The notes beneath the pieces are model-generated. The model saw only the letters and a list, made by a program, of their open reading frames with translations, had not been told where the DNA came from and ran no database searches. The position numbers and the translations under genes were made by a program. 64,000 nt of DNA from a virus. Below are positions 29,863-38,251 of the stretch, piece after piece; within the stretch, counting starts at the first letter, position 1; every line of letters begins with the position of its first letter. The stretch spans positions 32,001 through 96,000 of IMG/VR virus record IMGVR_UViG_3300042516_004811. One strand, written 5' to 3'.

Positions 29863-30090
29863 ATGAGTGACATCACGCAGTTCACTAAGTGGTTTCACCT
29901 CAATGGCATGGACTTCCAACTAACGAACATCGCTGGCCAATGGAAATGCACTGCGTGGAAACGTGGCGTACCGACGCTTGAAGACGGCACGCCTAGTGAT
30001 TACTGGGCAAGTGGTTCGTGCACGTCAATAGTGAAAGCGATGCTCCGTTGCTACGAGTCAATCAGACACACACAACGCAAGGGAAACTAG
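29863..30090 (+). CDS. hypothetical protein
   Basis: 75-aa ORF with GGAGG upstream. Confidence 0.55.
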   Translation: MSDITQFTKWFHLNGMDFQLTNIAGQWKCTAWKRGVPTLEDGTPSDYWASGSCTSIVKAMLRCYESIRHTQRKGN

Positions 30091-30104
30091 TTATCTACCC
30101 GTAG

Positions 30105-30491
30105 TTAGGTAGTCGGCGGGTCATCGTGCCATTGGCCATCAGGCCAGGCAGTACGAGCGTGGACACCATAGATGTCAGTGCCGAACAGGTCTGTGCCTTG
30201 CCAAGCGTGACGGCAACACGGCACTTCGTCATCGCAAGGGTGACAGTTCGCTCCGAGTTTCTCAGCGAGTCGGGGGAAAAGCTCGAGAAACTTCACAACG
30301 CAATCGTGACAGAAAATCCATTCTCTCGTTCGTTGGTCGCCTGCGAGCACAGGCATCATATCGTCAAATCCACCGTAGTATCCGAATGTGTCAAATGGTA
30401 AGACCCAACCATTATCAGGGTAGATGAGTTGCGAGTTGCACTCAGTGCGTGTGTCGCACGCCGAACACACTGCATAGTTCTTTTCTCTCAT
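30105..30491 (-). CDS. Cys-rich hypothetical protein
   Basis: CSAC...GYYGGFDD...CHDC; leaderless behind a conserved promoter. Confidence 0.7.
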   Translation of the reverse strand: MREKNYAVCSACDTRTECNSQLIYPDNGWVLPFDTFGYYGGFDDMMPVLAGDQRTREWIFCHDCVVKFLELFPRLAEKLGANCHPCDDEVPCCRHAWQGTDLFGTDIYGVHARTAWPDGQWHDDPPTT

Positions 30492-30545
30492 AACTGCGAG
30501 CGTACCACACTGGGGACAAACTTAGCAACCCGTGGCACTTGCGCC

Positions 30546-30917
30546 TTATCTACTGAATGCACCTGAGGTCATTCGTATGAATGTTGAGTAGGCATACTGC
30601 TTGCGTTGGCTTGCGATGTACTGCGCTTCGTACCGCTTCCATCTGTTCATTAGTTCCAGTTCGGTATCCGATGTTGCGATACCTAACTGTCTCTCGGCTT
30701 CCGCCATCAGGGATACCATCTGAAATGGGACACCCGTGGAGCTCCACGGCGTTACGTCGTGCGCACGACAAGCATCAAGCACTTTGGTGGTGAACAGTGC
30801 TGCGAGGTGAATTCTCGTCATTCTTTCACGCTCATCTATCTCAAAGAATGACGGCGCACCAACACTTATGCGTTCACGCAATACCGCATAGGGCGTGACA
30901 AACAGATAGGTGTTCAT
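30546..30917 (-). CDS. hypothetical protein
   Basis: 123-aa ORF; stop codon inside repeat box. Confidence 0.55.
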   Translation of the reverse strand: MNTYLFVTPYAVLRERISVGAPSFFEIDERERMTRIHLAALFTTKVLDACRAHDVTPWSSTGVPFQMVSLMAEAERQLGIATSDTELELMNRWKRYEAQYIASQRKQYAYSTFIRMTSGAFSR

Positions 30918-30954
30918 TGCTCACAACAGTATCACTGCGTGAGAGACGTGTCAC

Positions 30955-31134
30955 CTATCCCCACTTGACCTCATTGCCACTACTCTTTTGTTCAGGCAAC
31001 ACGCTCACTACTTCTATGAGTGCGCCTTGTGTCAAGAGGTTGTACACAGTTGCAACAGCCTCATCAACTGTTGTCGGATTGTCAAGGTCTTTGTGCTTGC
31101 GCACTGCGACTGTTAGTCGGAATGTCTCGCTCAT
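30955..31134 (-). CDS. small hypothetical protein (59 aa, not in ORF track)
   Basis: hand translation MSETFRLTVAVRKHKDLDNPTTVDEAV... Confidence 0.45.
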   Translation of the reverse strand: MSETFRLTVAVRKHKDLDNPTTVDEAVATVYNLLTQGALIEVVSVLPEQKSSGNEVKWG

Positions 31135-31138
31135 TGGC

Positions 31139-31324
31139 TCAGCCTATCGCCTCATAGAACCTCGCAATAGCAACTGCTTGCTCAGGGGAGACACACTCAA
31201 TGGTGTCTACCTGCGTGTGTGAGACGCCATCTGTATCAGTGCTCTTGGCGAACACTTGTACCACACTGCCAAGGGGCAGGGCGTGAATGACCCTGGGTCG
31301 TATGTGGGTCGTTGTTGTATCCAT
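31139..31324 (-). CDS. small hypothetical protein
   Basis: ORF from MDTTTTH; TTGACA...TACTGT shortly upstream. Confidence 0.5.
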   Translation of the reverse strand: MDTTTTHIRPRVIHALPLGSVVQVFAKSTDTDGVSHTQVDTIECVSPEQAVAIARFYEAIG

Positions 31325-31669
31325 ACCGCTCACAGTAGTGGGTGGGTGTGTCAATGTAAAGGGTTCGTGCGACTTATTTACCTGCTCACCCGTGGCACTT
31401 GGGCGACCAATGACTAGGGTAATGGTATGGCATTCGGTCAAGAAGATGGGTGGGAGAGGGCGATACCTGAACGCTCACTGCCTGAGGTAGATGGGCGCAC
31501 TGTTGTCGTGCGTGCCTACACGGCGATAGGTATGGGACTACTAGGGCTTGCCTCACTAGGTGGGTGGTATGTCGGCTGGCTACCCGTGGCGTGTGTGTAC
31601 TCTGCCTTGTTCTACTTCTCTCTGCGTACTTATGACAACGAGCACGATAGTGACTCACCTACTCACTGA

Positions 31670-32150
31670 CGCATTGCTCACTGTATCGCTAGCCTTGCTC
31701 ACTGCTTGTGCGTAACACACTCACACTGCTTGTCTCTCAACACTTCACACACACTCACTTACACTTTGTGTGTTTGCTTGTCGCTTGCTTGCGTGTGTGT
31801 TCGCATCACACTTACAACGGCGTACGTGTGTGCGTGTGTAACACACTGCGTGTGAACACTTGACGCACTATGTATGTATGCGTTTATTGTTTCGTGTCGT
31901 GACATACTTCGTGCGCACTTCGTGTTGCGTTGCGTTGGCAATGGCGTAGGCAAGTTCATAGCACTTCATAGGCACTTCATAGGCACTTCGTGAAGCGCTT
32001 CGTATGTGTTGCGCAATTGCTTGACACACTTTCGTAATCGTTGCGCATTGCGTGTGCGTTGCTACTGCGTTGCGTGTGCGTGTGTGTGTGCGTTGCGTGT
32101 GCGTGTGTGTTGCGCTCACCCCGTGACTCATTGCGTGGCAGTCCATCATT
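31670..32150. repeat. low-complexity TG/CA-alternating region with short tandem repeats
   Basis: GCACTTCATAG tandem at ~31954-31990; GCGTTGCGTGTGCGTGTGTGT twice at ~32067-32111. Confidence 0.85.
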
Positions 32151-32319
32151 GCACGGACGCCGACCCCATGCGCTGTGAGCCCCGCCTACTTTCACTGGCA
32201 CCCCCCAACCGGTGGCCAGCTACTACAGAAATTTTGGACTCCAAATTACTTCACTTAAATTTATCCAAACCTGCCCTAGGAGCCGGCGATAGGGTCGCGG
32301 CCGGCGATAGGATGGCCGT

Positions 32320-32529
32320 ATGACATACGATGAGTTTCTTGCCCTTGTTCACGAAAAGCATGATTCGATGGCCGGCGAATGGCGATTCGGGCAGGCCTAC
32401 TTCAACACCCTCCACGAGGTGGCTCCAGACATCGCAGTAGAGGTAAGAGGTCATGTGCATGACCCGTTTCACAGGGACAAGATTGACCCCATGATTGCTT
32501 CGTTCGTCATGGAACGCATGGATGGCTGA
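32320..32529 (+). CDS. hypothetical protein
   Basis: WRFGQAYFNTL...PDIA..VRG...DPFH motif. Confidence 0.65.
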   Translation: MTYDEFLALVHEKHDSMAGEWRFGQAYFNTLHEVAPDIAVEVRGHVHDPFHRDKIDPMIASFVMERMDG

Positions 32530-32665
32530 CGAGCTAATTGATGTATTGATTGTTTGTTTGATTGTTCTTTTGCTGTTGCTTCTGGTGTTCGTACCCGGGG
32601 GTATGTACCTGTAATCGGTTCCCCAGAGTGGCTCTCTAGCCTTACTGGACCGTCTTAACAGCGTT

Positions 32666-32959
32666 CTAGCTCGTGGAAGAGACAGAAGATAATAAGCGCC
32701 GCGCGAAATTCACCATCGTTCCAGAGCGGTCGTTTAGGAACTCGAAATACTCGTTTCCTGAAGCAAGGAAGCTTGCATAGTGCCGCGCGATTTTGTCGCC
32801 GCCAGATTCTGTGCGTTCCATCCTGTAGAGGTAGGCCCTTTCACCATCAAAAACGACCAACCATTCACTGTTGTCGTTTGTCACAAAGACCATTGACTCT
32901 TTGTATTTGAAGCTCTCTCCGATGGGGTCGAATTCATAGTCGGTGGAATATGTAGTCAT
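32666..32959 (-). CDS. hypothetical protein
   Basis: ORF from MTTYSTD. Confidence 0.5.
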   Translation of the reverse strand: MTTYSTDYEFDPIGESFKYKESMVFVTNDNSEWLVVFDGERAYLYRMERTESGGDKIARHYASFLASGNEYFEFLNDRSGTMVNFARRLLSSVSSTS

Positions 32960-33127
32960 GGGATTTAGGGTAACGCAAATATATGAGCATGTACAGGGTT
33001 CCCGGATAAATTTATCCAAAAAAGAGGGTCGTTCCCAAAAATTTTTTTGGGTATACAGCTTTGTTCTAAAAGCGTTGCTTTTATTGGGGTTGCGGCGGCC
33101 GGCGGGGGGCGCGGGCTAGGGGGTTGT

Positions 33128-33157
33128 TTGCACTTTTTGGGATGTTGGGGGTAAAAT
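33128..33157 (+). promoter_or_regulatory. sigma70/SigA-type promoter
   Basis: TTGCAC-N18-TAAAAT upstream of the rpf-like gene. Confidence 0.55.
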
Positions 33158-33229
33158 AGATGTACCCCAGATATCGGGTGCTCCGGCTACTAACACGAGC
33201 GTCTTATCCACCGAGGTCAGGAAAAACCA

Positions 33230-34096
33230 ATGCAGACTAACCGTCTCTATTCCATTGCCATATATGCCCTTATTCCGTTGCTGGTCGGCTGGTCCTTCTG
33301 GCCACAGACAGAAACGGAAGCAAAGAATGAGGGGGTGAATAGCAATACTGAGATGGTTAAAAAAGCCGAGGTTCCGAAAGAGGAGCCCGAGTCCCCGGCT
33401 CTGGAAGCAGGTCTTTACGACCGCAATCAGCTAACAAAGACGGACAGGCCAAAGCCCAGAATCGAGTTCTGGGACGAGCTGGCCCGCTGCGAGACTGGCA
33501 GCAATTGGCAGAACGGTGGACGCTTTAGTGGTGGTGTCGGAATCATGAATACCGGCACATTTGCTAAGGGTGTCCTTGGACAGGGCCAGATGGGCACATG
33601 GGAGCGCTGGGGTGGTGAGGAATTTGCCCCCACTCCACAGGAAGCCACAAAGGAGCAGCAGATTCTTGTAGGGAATCGCATTGCTCTTTGGGGTTGGGAA
33701 GTAGTAGTTGACCGTGGGCGGGAATTTGCCGAGCGCCATGGTGTCCCACAGATTTATCACTACAAGAAAGAACCAGTTGGCTTTGGCGGCTGGGGCGCAC
33801 TGCCTTGTGCTGGAGGAAAGCCAAAACAGCTATTCCATTACGACGACCCAGATAAGTTGATGCTTATTAAGTACGAGTGGGGCGAGAAGTCAGTTGCTGT
33901 TCTAGACCTTCAGGTGCTTATGGGTATGAAGACCCCAACTGGCGTTTATGATGATGCAACCAGGAAGAAGCACATTGAGGGCCTAAATTACTGGGGACTT
34001 ACGAAAGCTGGTGTTCCGGAGAAGCCGTTAACTCAGCAGGATATTGCTGCGAAAATCAATATGGCTGCAGAAAACCTGGTCTGGTTCTCTAACTAG
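33230..34096 (+). CDS. resuscitation-promoting-factor (Rpf)-like lytic transglycosylase, secreted or membrane-anchored
   Basis: FWDELARCETGSNW...GG.G...TWERWGG..FAP....ATKEQQI with catalytic Glu in CE; N-terminal hydrophobic segment. Confidence 0.85.
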   Translation: MQTNRLYSIAIYALIPLLVGWSFWPQTETEAKNEGVNSNTEMVKKAEVPKEEPESPALEAGLYDRNQLTKTDRPKPRIEFWDELARCETGSNWQNGGRFSGGVGIMNTGTFAKGVLGQGQMGTWERWGGEEFAPTPQEATKEQQILVGNRIALWGWEVVVDRGREFAERHGVPQIYHYKKEPVGFGGWGALPCAGGKPKQLFHYDDPDKLMLIKYEWGEKSVAVLDLQVLMGMKTPTGVYDDATRKKHIEGLNYWGLTKAGVPEKPLTQQDIAAKINMAAENLVWFSN

Positions 34097-34953
34097 ATAC
34101 TTCCTCTAGCAGCAAGTTCGTCGACCATTCTCTGGAGGGCGTTCCTGTAGTGGGGCATCGGCTCAAATCCAGCTTCGGGAGTAAGTCTCGTATTGGCGAG
34201 CACTGAATTCTTCGGTCTTAGTGCTGAGCCAGACACACGCATGTCGACGCTCGAGACGGGCTTGAGAACAACATGCTTTACTTCAGCAATATCGAGTAGG
34301 TCGCGTACAAATTCGTACCACGACACTGAGCCTTCATTTGTTACGTGAAAAATCCCCGCCATGTTATTGCGGGATATTTTCGAAATAACTCGTGCGGCAT
34401 CTGGCGCATACGTGGGATTGCCTATTTGGTCATCCACGAATCTAAGCTCGTCCTGGGTTTTGCAGAGATTTAGAACAGTCTTTACGATGTTATTTCCATT
34501 TGGGCCAAATAACCATGAGACTCGAACGATTGCATCTGTTGGGCGAAGAACAAGCTCTCCGTTTTTCTTGGTTATACCGTACTTGTTTATTGGGAATTGA
34601 CTGTCGCTCTCGACGTATGGTTCATCTTGTCTACCACTAAATACGTAGTCTGTTGAGATGTATGTGACGTGAGCCCCTATTTCATAGGCCGTTCTAACAA
34701 TCATGTCAGTGGCAAGAGTGTTTATTCTCACTGCTTCCCTTGAGTATGTTTCACACTTATCGACACCGGTCATTGCTGCACAGTGAATAATATGAGTCGG
34801 TCTAAGTTCCTGGATAAATTTACCCACAGCTAGCAAGTCTGCTAGGTCGGCATCTTCTCTCGTCATTGGGATAACTTCGTCACCATTAGCGAGACACTCG
34901 GCAACAACTTCACTGCCGAGCTGACCATTAGCGCCAGTTACAAGAACTCTCAC
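34093..34953 (-). CDS. rfbD: dTDP-4-dehydrorhamnose reductase
   Basis: VLVTGANGQLG, ISTDYVFSG, YGITK, VDDQIGNPT. Confidence 0.95.
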   Translation of the reverse strand: MRVLVTGANGQLGSEVVAECLANGDEVIPMTREDADLADLLAVGKFIQELRPTHIIHCAAMTGVDKCETYSREAVRINTLATDMIVRTAYEIGAHVTYISTDYVFSGRQDEPYVESDSQFPINKYGITKKNGELVLRPTDAIVRVSWLFGPNGNNIVKTVLNLCKTQDELRFVDDQIGNPTYAPDAARVISKISRNNMAGIFHVTNEGSVSWYEFVRDLLDIAEVKHVVLKPVSSVDMRVSGSALRPKNSVLANTRLTPEAGFEPMPHYRNALQRMVDELAARGSI

Positions 34954-35918
34954 TTTATTCCTTCTTTTTTCTTGAGTGGCTCCCACCACCACTTGTTATT
35001 TATATACCACCCAACTGTTTCGGCAAGAGCTTCATCTAGCGAACGAGAACGCCTCCAGCCAAGGTCGGAAATTTTTTGAATGTCGACGGAGTATCTTCGG
35101 TCATGACCCTTTCTGTCTTCGACATATGAAATTTTGTCTTCACCAAAATCCGTTAGCTCAAGTATTTTCATCACTAGTTCGATGTTTGGCGTTTCGTTTC
35201 CGGCGCCAATGTTATAAATCTCTCCATCTAGACCCTTGTTTAGCACTAGAAGAATTCCAGAGCAATGGTCGTCTACAAATAGCCAGTCTCTCTCGTTTAG
35301 CCCGTCCCCATATAGTGGAATGTTTTTTCCTTCTAGCAGGTTGGTCACAAATAGCGGTATTGCTTTTTCTGGATATTGAAACGGTCCAAAATTGTTCGTA
35401 CACCGAGTGACTGTTACCGGAAGCCCGTGTGTGTGGTGATATGAAAGAGCTATGAGGTCAGAACCGGCTTTTGATGCTGAGTATGGAGACCGTGGCTCAA
35501 GTGGGTCCGACTCCAGCGATGAACCGACATCTACTGAGCCATAAACCTCGTCTGTACCTATATGGATAACTTTTTCGATACCAACAGCAAGTGCCGTATT
35601 CATCACTACGTTTGTTCCAAAACAATTGGTAAGTATGAAATCATCAGAGCCACTTATTGACCTATCAACATGGCTTTCTGCTGCAAAATGAACAACAACA
35701 TCACACTGCTTCATTGCTTCCCATAGTGATGATGGGTCGCATATGTTTCCATGGACGAAGGAAAACCTCTTATCATCCCTTAGGTCAATCATTGTAGACA
35801 TGTTTCCGGCATAGGTGAGCGCGTCGTATACGACAACTTCATCGTCTGTATTTTTTAACACATGGCGTGCGTAGCTTGAGCCAATAAAGCCAGCTCCGCC
35901 GGTTACTAGTTGTTTCAT
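34950..35918 (-). CDS. rfbB: dTDP-glucose 4,6-dehydratase
   Basis: TGGAGFIGS, HFAAESHVDRS, TDEVYG, SPYSASKA, NNFGP.QYPEK.IP. Confidence 0.97.
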   Translation of the reverse strand: MKQLVTGGAGFIGSSYARHVLKNTDDEVVVYDALTYAGNMSTMIDLRDDKRFSFVHGNICDPSSLWEAMKQCDVVVHFAAESHVDRSISGSDDFILTNCFGTNVVMNTALAVGIEKVIHIGTDEVYGSVDVGSSLESDPLEPRSPYSASKAGSDLIALSYHHTHGLPVTVTRCTNNFGPFQYPEKAIPLFVTNLLEGKNIPLYGDGLNERDWLFVDDHCSGILLVLNKGLDGEIYNIGAGNETPNIELVMKILELTDFGEDKISYVEDRKGHDRRYSVDIQKISDLGWRRSRSLDEALAETVGWYINNKWWWEPLKKKEGIK

Positions 35919-35919
35919 T

Positions 35920-36486
35920 TCAGCGCAAACCGAAATGCGGCATTAAACGCTCGGGAATTTCGTCAATACGAGGATTGTTCATATCCCTTTTAGAAAGAAT
36001 CGGATACTTAACACCCCATTGAGCGTTTATCGCTGGGTCATCCCAAGCAACACCAAGTTCATCGTGCTTGTTGTAGTAACCATCAACCATGTACGTGATT
36101 GTCATATCTGTAAGGGCAGAAAATCCATGAGCAACACCTGGTGGGATGTACACGCCACTGTGGTTATGAAGTCCGGGTCCATCGATTGGTGCGCCAACAT
36201 CCATAATAAGCGTTCTGCCTTTTGTCGATGACCCTACGCGTAGGTCGTGAAGCACTATTCGGCAAGAACCAAAAGGCACATACCAGTAATCTGCTTGGTG
36301 AAGGTGATAATGAAGACCAACGACAGAACCATATGCCCTGTCTGCGCGATTTCCTTGAATCATTTCGCGGGAATTAGGAAACCATTCTCTTCTATATGTC
36401 TCTATGAAGCATCCTCTTTCGTCCTGGAATACATCCGGGATAATGATTGATACACCATTGATTATTTCTGAATCTACTCTCATCAT
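35920..36486 (-). CDS. rfbC: dTDP-4-dehydrorhamnose 3,5-epimerase
   Basis: DERG.F.E, GLHYH, DLR.GS.T, IPPGVAHGF, WDDP...I.W, ILSKRD. Confidence 0.93.
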   Translation of the reverse strand: MMRVDSEIINGVSIIIPDVFQDERGCFIETYRREWFPNSREMIQGNRADRAYGSVVGLHYHLHQADYWYVPFGSCRIVLHDLRVGSSTKGRTLIMDVGAPIDGPGLHNHSGVYIPPGVAHGFSALTDMTITYMVDGYYNKHDELGVAWDDPAINAQWGVKYPILSKRDMNNPRIDEIPERLMPHFGLR

Positions 36487-37547
36487 TGGTCTGCTACCTC
36501 CACTACGCAGTCGTCACCAATCATCATTCGTGTTGATTTTGGCTTTGTTGGTGATGGCATAAGTCTTGCGTTCATACCAATAAGGGAATCAGTCATTCTT
36601 CTTATTTCTCTTACTTCGCTTCCGTCCATCACTACTGAGTTTTCAATCTCTGAATTGATGATTTCACAGTTTGAGCCGATTGCCGTATATGGACCAATAT
36701 AAGAGTCGCGTATTTCCGTTCCAGAACCAATAATTACCGGTCCTGAAATTCTGGAGTTGACAATCGTTACGCCATCCGGAATGGATATGCGCCCCTCAAG
36801 CACTGTCATCAAATCAATATCGCCATCTATGTGTCGCTCAATTGTGTCAAGAACAAGACGGTTGCATTCAAGTAGGGAGTCTTTCTTGCCAGTATCAATC
36901 CACCACCCAGAGAGTGTCTCGTGAAATACTGGCTTACCCGAATCAAGCAACCACTGAATCGCATCGGTAATCTCAAGTTCTCCGCGCGCTGATGGCTTAA
37001 TTGATGCAACCGCTTCGTGAATATCTGGGGTAAACATGTATACGCCGACAAGAGCCATGTCCGATGGTGGATATTCCGGTTTTTCTACAAGGCGAACAAT
37101 TTTTCCAGAGTCATCAAACTGGGCAACACCGAAGCTCTTTGGATTATCAACTTGGCAGAGAAGTATCTTTGCCCCCTCTGATATCCATGTTTCCGTGAAA
37201 GTTGACAACTCCATCTCAATCATGTTGTCGCCTAGGTACATGATGAAGTTTTCTTCACCGAGAAAATCACGAGCTATTGAAACACAATCAGCAAGACCTC
37301 TTGGTATTGATTGCTTCATGTAAGTTATTTCGGCACCAAATTGTTCACCGTTACGAAGTGACTCAATCACATCGGCACCGTTCTTGCCAATAATTACGCC
37401 GATTTCTTTTATGCCGGCCCGAACCATTGATTCAATGGCGTAGTGGATTATTGGCTTATTAGCTATTGGAACGAGTTGCTTCGCTCGTGTGTGCGTTATT
37501 GGTCGCAGTCTGGTTCCATGACCACCAGCAAGAATTAGGCCCTTCAT
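36483..37547 (-). CDS. rfbA: glucose-1-phosphate thymidylyltransferase (long form)
   Basis: GLILAGGHGTRLRPIT...KQLVPIANKP, LGDN, VEKP, PSARGELEITD. Confidence 0.95.
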   Translation of the reverse strand: MKGLILAGGHGTRLRPITHTRAKQLVPIANKPIIHYAIESMVRAGIKEIGVIIGKNGADVIESLRNGEQFGAEITYMKQSIPRGLADCVSIARDFLGEENFIMYLGDNMIEMELSTFTETWISEGAKILLCQVDNPKSFGVAQFDDSGKIVRLVEKPEYPPSDMALVGVYMFTPDIHEAVASIKPSARGELEITDAIQWLLDSGKPVFHETLSGWWIDTGKKDSLLECNRLVLDTIERHIDGDIDLMTVLEGRISIPDGVTIVNSRISGPVIIGSGTEIRDSYIGPYTAIGSNCEIINSEIENSVVMDGSEVREIRRMTDSLIGMNARLMPSPTKPKSTRMMIGDDCVVEVADQ

Positions 37548-37565
37548 GTTTATAAGCCTAGTCGA

Positions 37566-38246
37566 TTAAGGAGCTACCCTGCTGTTATCGACCCATGCTT
37601 GATAGGTGATAGGCATGGTCTCAGCGAAGTATTTCTCCACCTCTTTGGCGTATTCGCGTATTTCCGCCTGGGCATTTTCATCAAGTCTCAAAGAAAGAAA
37701 GTTCATTAAAGAGCGGGCATTTACTGTCCAGTAGAACTGCGTGTACATGGATACTGGCAAAACACTACGAGCAATTTCCTTCGCCACGCCAAGCTCAAGA
37801 AGCAGTGCATAAGAGTTGTATGCAGCCTGATTCATGCCGGCGATTATTTCAACAGCCTGTTCTGCGACTACCTGGTCTACCTGCTCAAACGTGTAGGCCC
37901 CCGGTTTGCCAACCTGCGTCCTTATGGATGATTCATCTGGTACCCAGAAATCGTTTGGCACCTCCGAGTATCTGGCACTGAACTCGTTGAATGAGCCAAT
38001 GCGATGCCTGAACCACTCTCTTGCCACAAACATTGGGCACTTAATATGGAATCGAAATGAGTTGTGCTCAAAAGGGGTCCCATGGCGTTCACGCATGAGA
38101 AACCCGATAAGCCCCTTGTCCTTGCCAGTCATTCCGCCATGTATTTCAGAATTTCGCGCGAAAGAAACCCTGGCCGAGTTAACAACAGACATATCGTCTG
38201 CCATGTGGCCATCTAGGCGCACAAACCCAAAAGCCTCAGAGGACAT
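37566..38246 (-). CDS. thyX: FAD-dependent thymidylate synthase
   Basis: H.TPFEH, REWFRHR..SFNEFSARY, NARSLMNFL.LR....AQ.EIR. Confidence 0.97.
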   Translation of the reverse strand: MSSEAFGFVRLDGHMADDMSVVNSARVSFARNSEIHGGMTGKDKGLIGFLMRERHGTPFEHNSFRFHIKCPMFVAREWFRHRIGSFNEFSARYSEVPNDFWVPDESSIRTQVGKPGAYTFEQVDQVVAEQAVEIIAGMNQAAYNSYALLLELGVAKEIARSVLPVSMYTQFYWTVNARSLMNFLSLRLDENAQAEIREYAKEVEKYFAETMPITYQAWVDNSRVAP

Positions 38247-38251
38247 TTGAA

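Larger units (their letters stand above)
5907..30528. promoter_or_regulatory. family of ~22 conserved promoters, (GTAGAT)AAGTCTG(A/T)(A/C)CC-N~6-TG-N-TANNNT
   Basis: each copy is oriented toward and just upstream of an RBS/start, e.g. 10819-10851(-), 20202-20232(-), 21416-21446(+), 26704-26734(+). Confidence 0.85.
647..30553. repeat. dispersed A box (G)ACTTATCTAC(CT), ~85 copies in both orientations
   Basis: TTATCTAC/GTAGATAA read directly, e.g. 3381, 3421, 5953, 6185, 9225, 11507, 12640, 14411, 18336, 18362, 21416, 26704, 29372. Confidence 0.97.

Noticed and set aside
647-30553. A boxes as a canonical DnaA-box replication origin
   Set aside because: They differ from TTATCCACA at conserved positions, have additional conserved flanks (GAC, CT), and are spread over 30 kb including genes rather than clustered next to an unwinding element.
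31759-32323. Thr/His/Cys/Val-rich ORFs in the TG/CA tract
   Set aside because: Translation artefacts of low-complexity DNA, with no RBS or protein-like composition.
33160-33229. c-di-AMP (ydaO) riboswitch upstream of the rpf-like gene
   Set aside because: The leader is only ~65 nt and I could not find the ydaO consensus elements.
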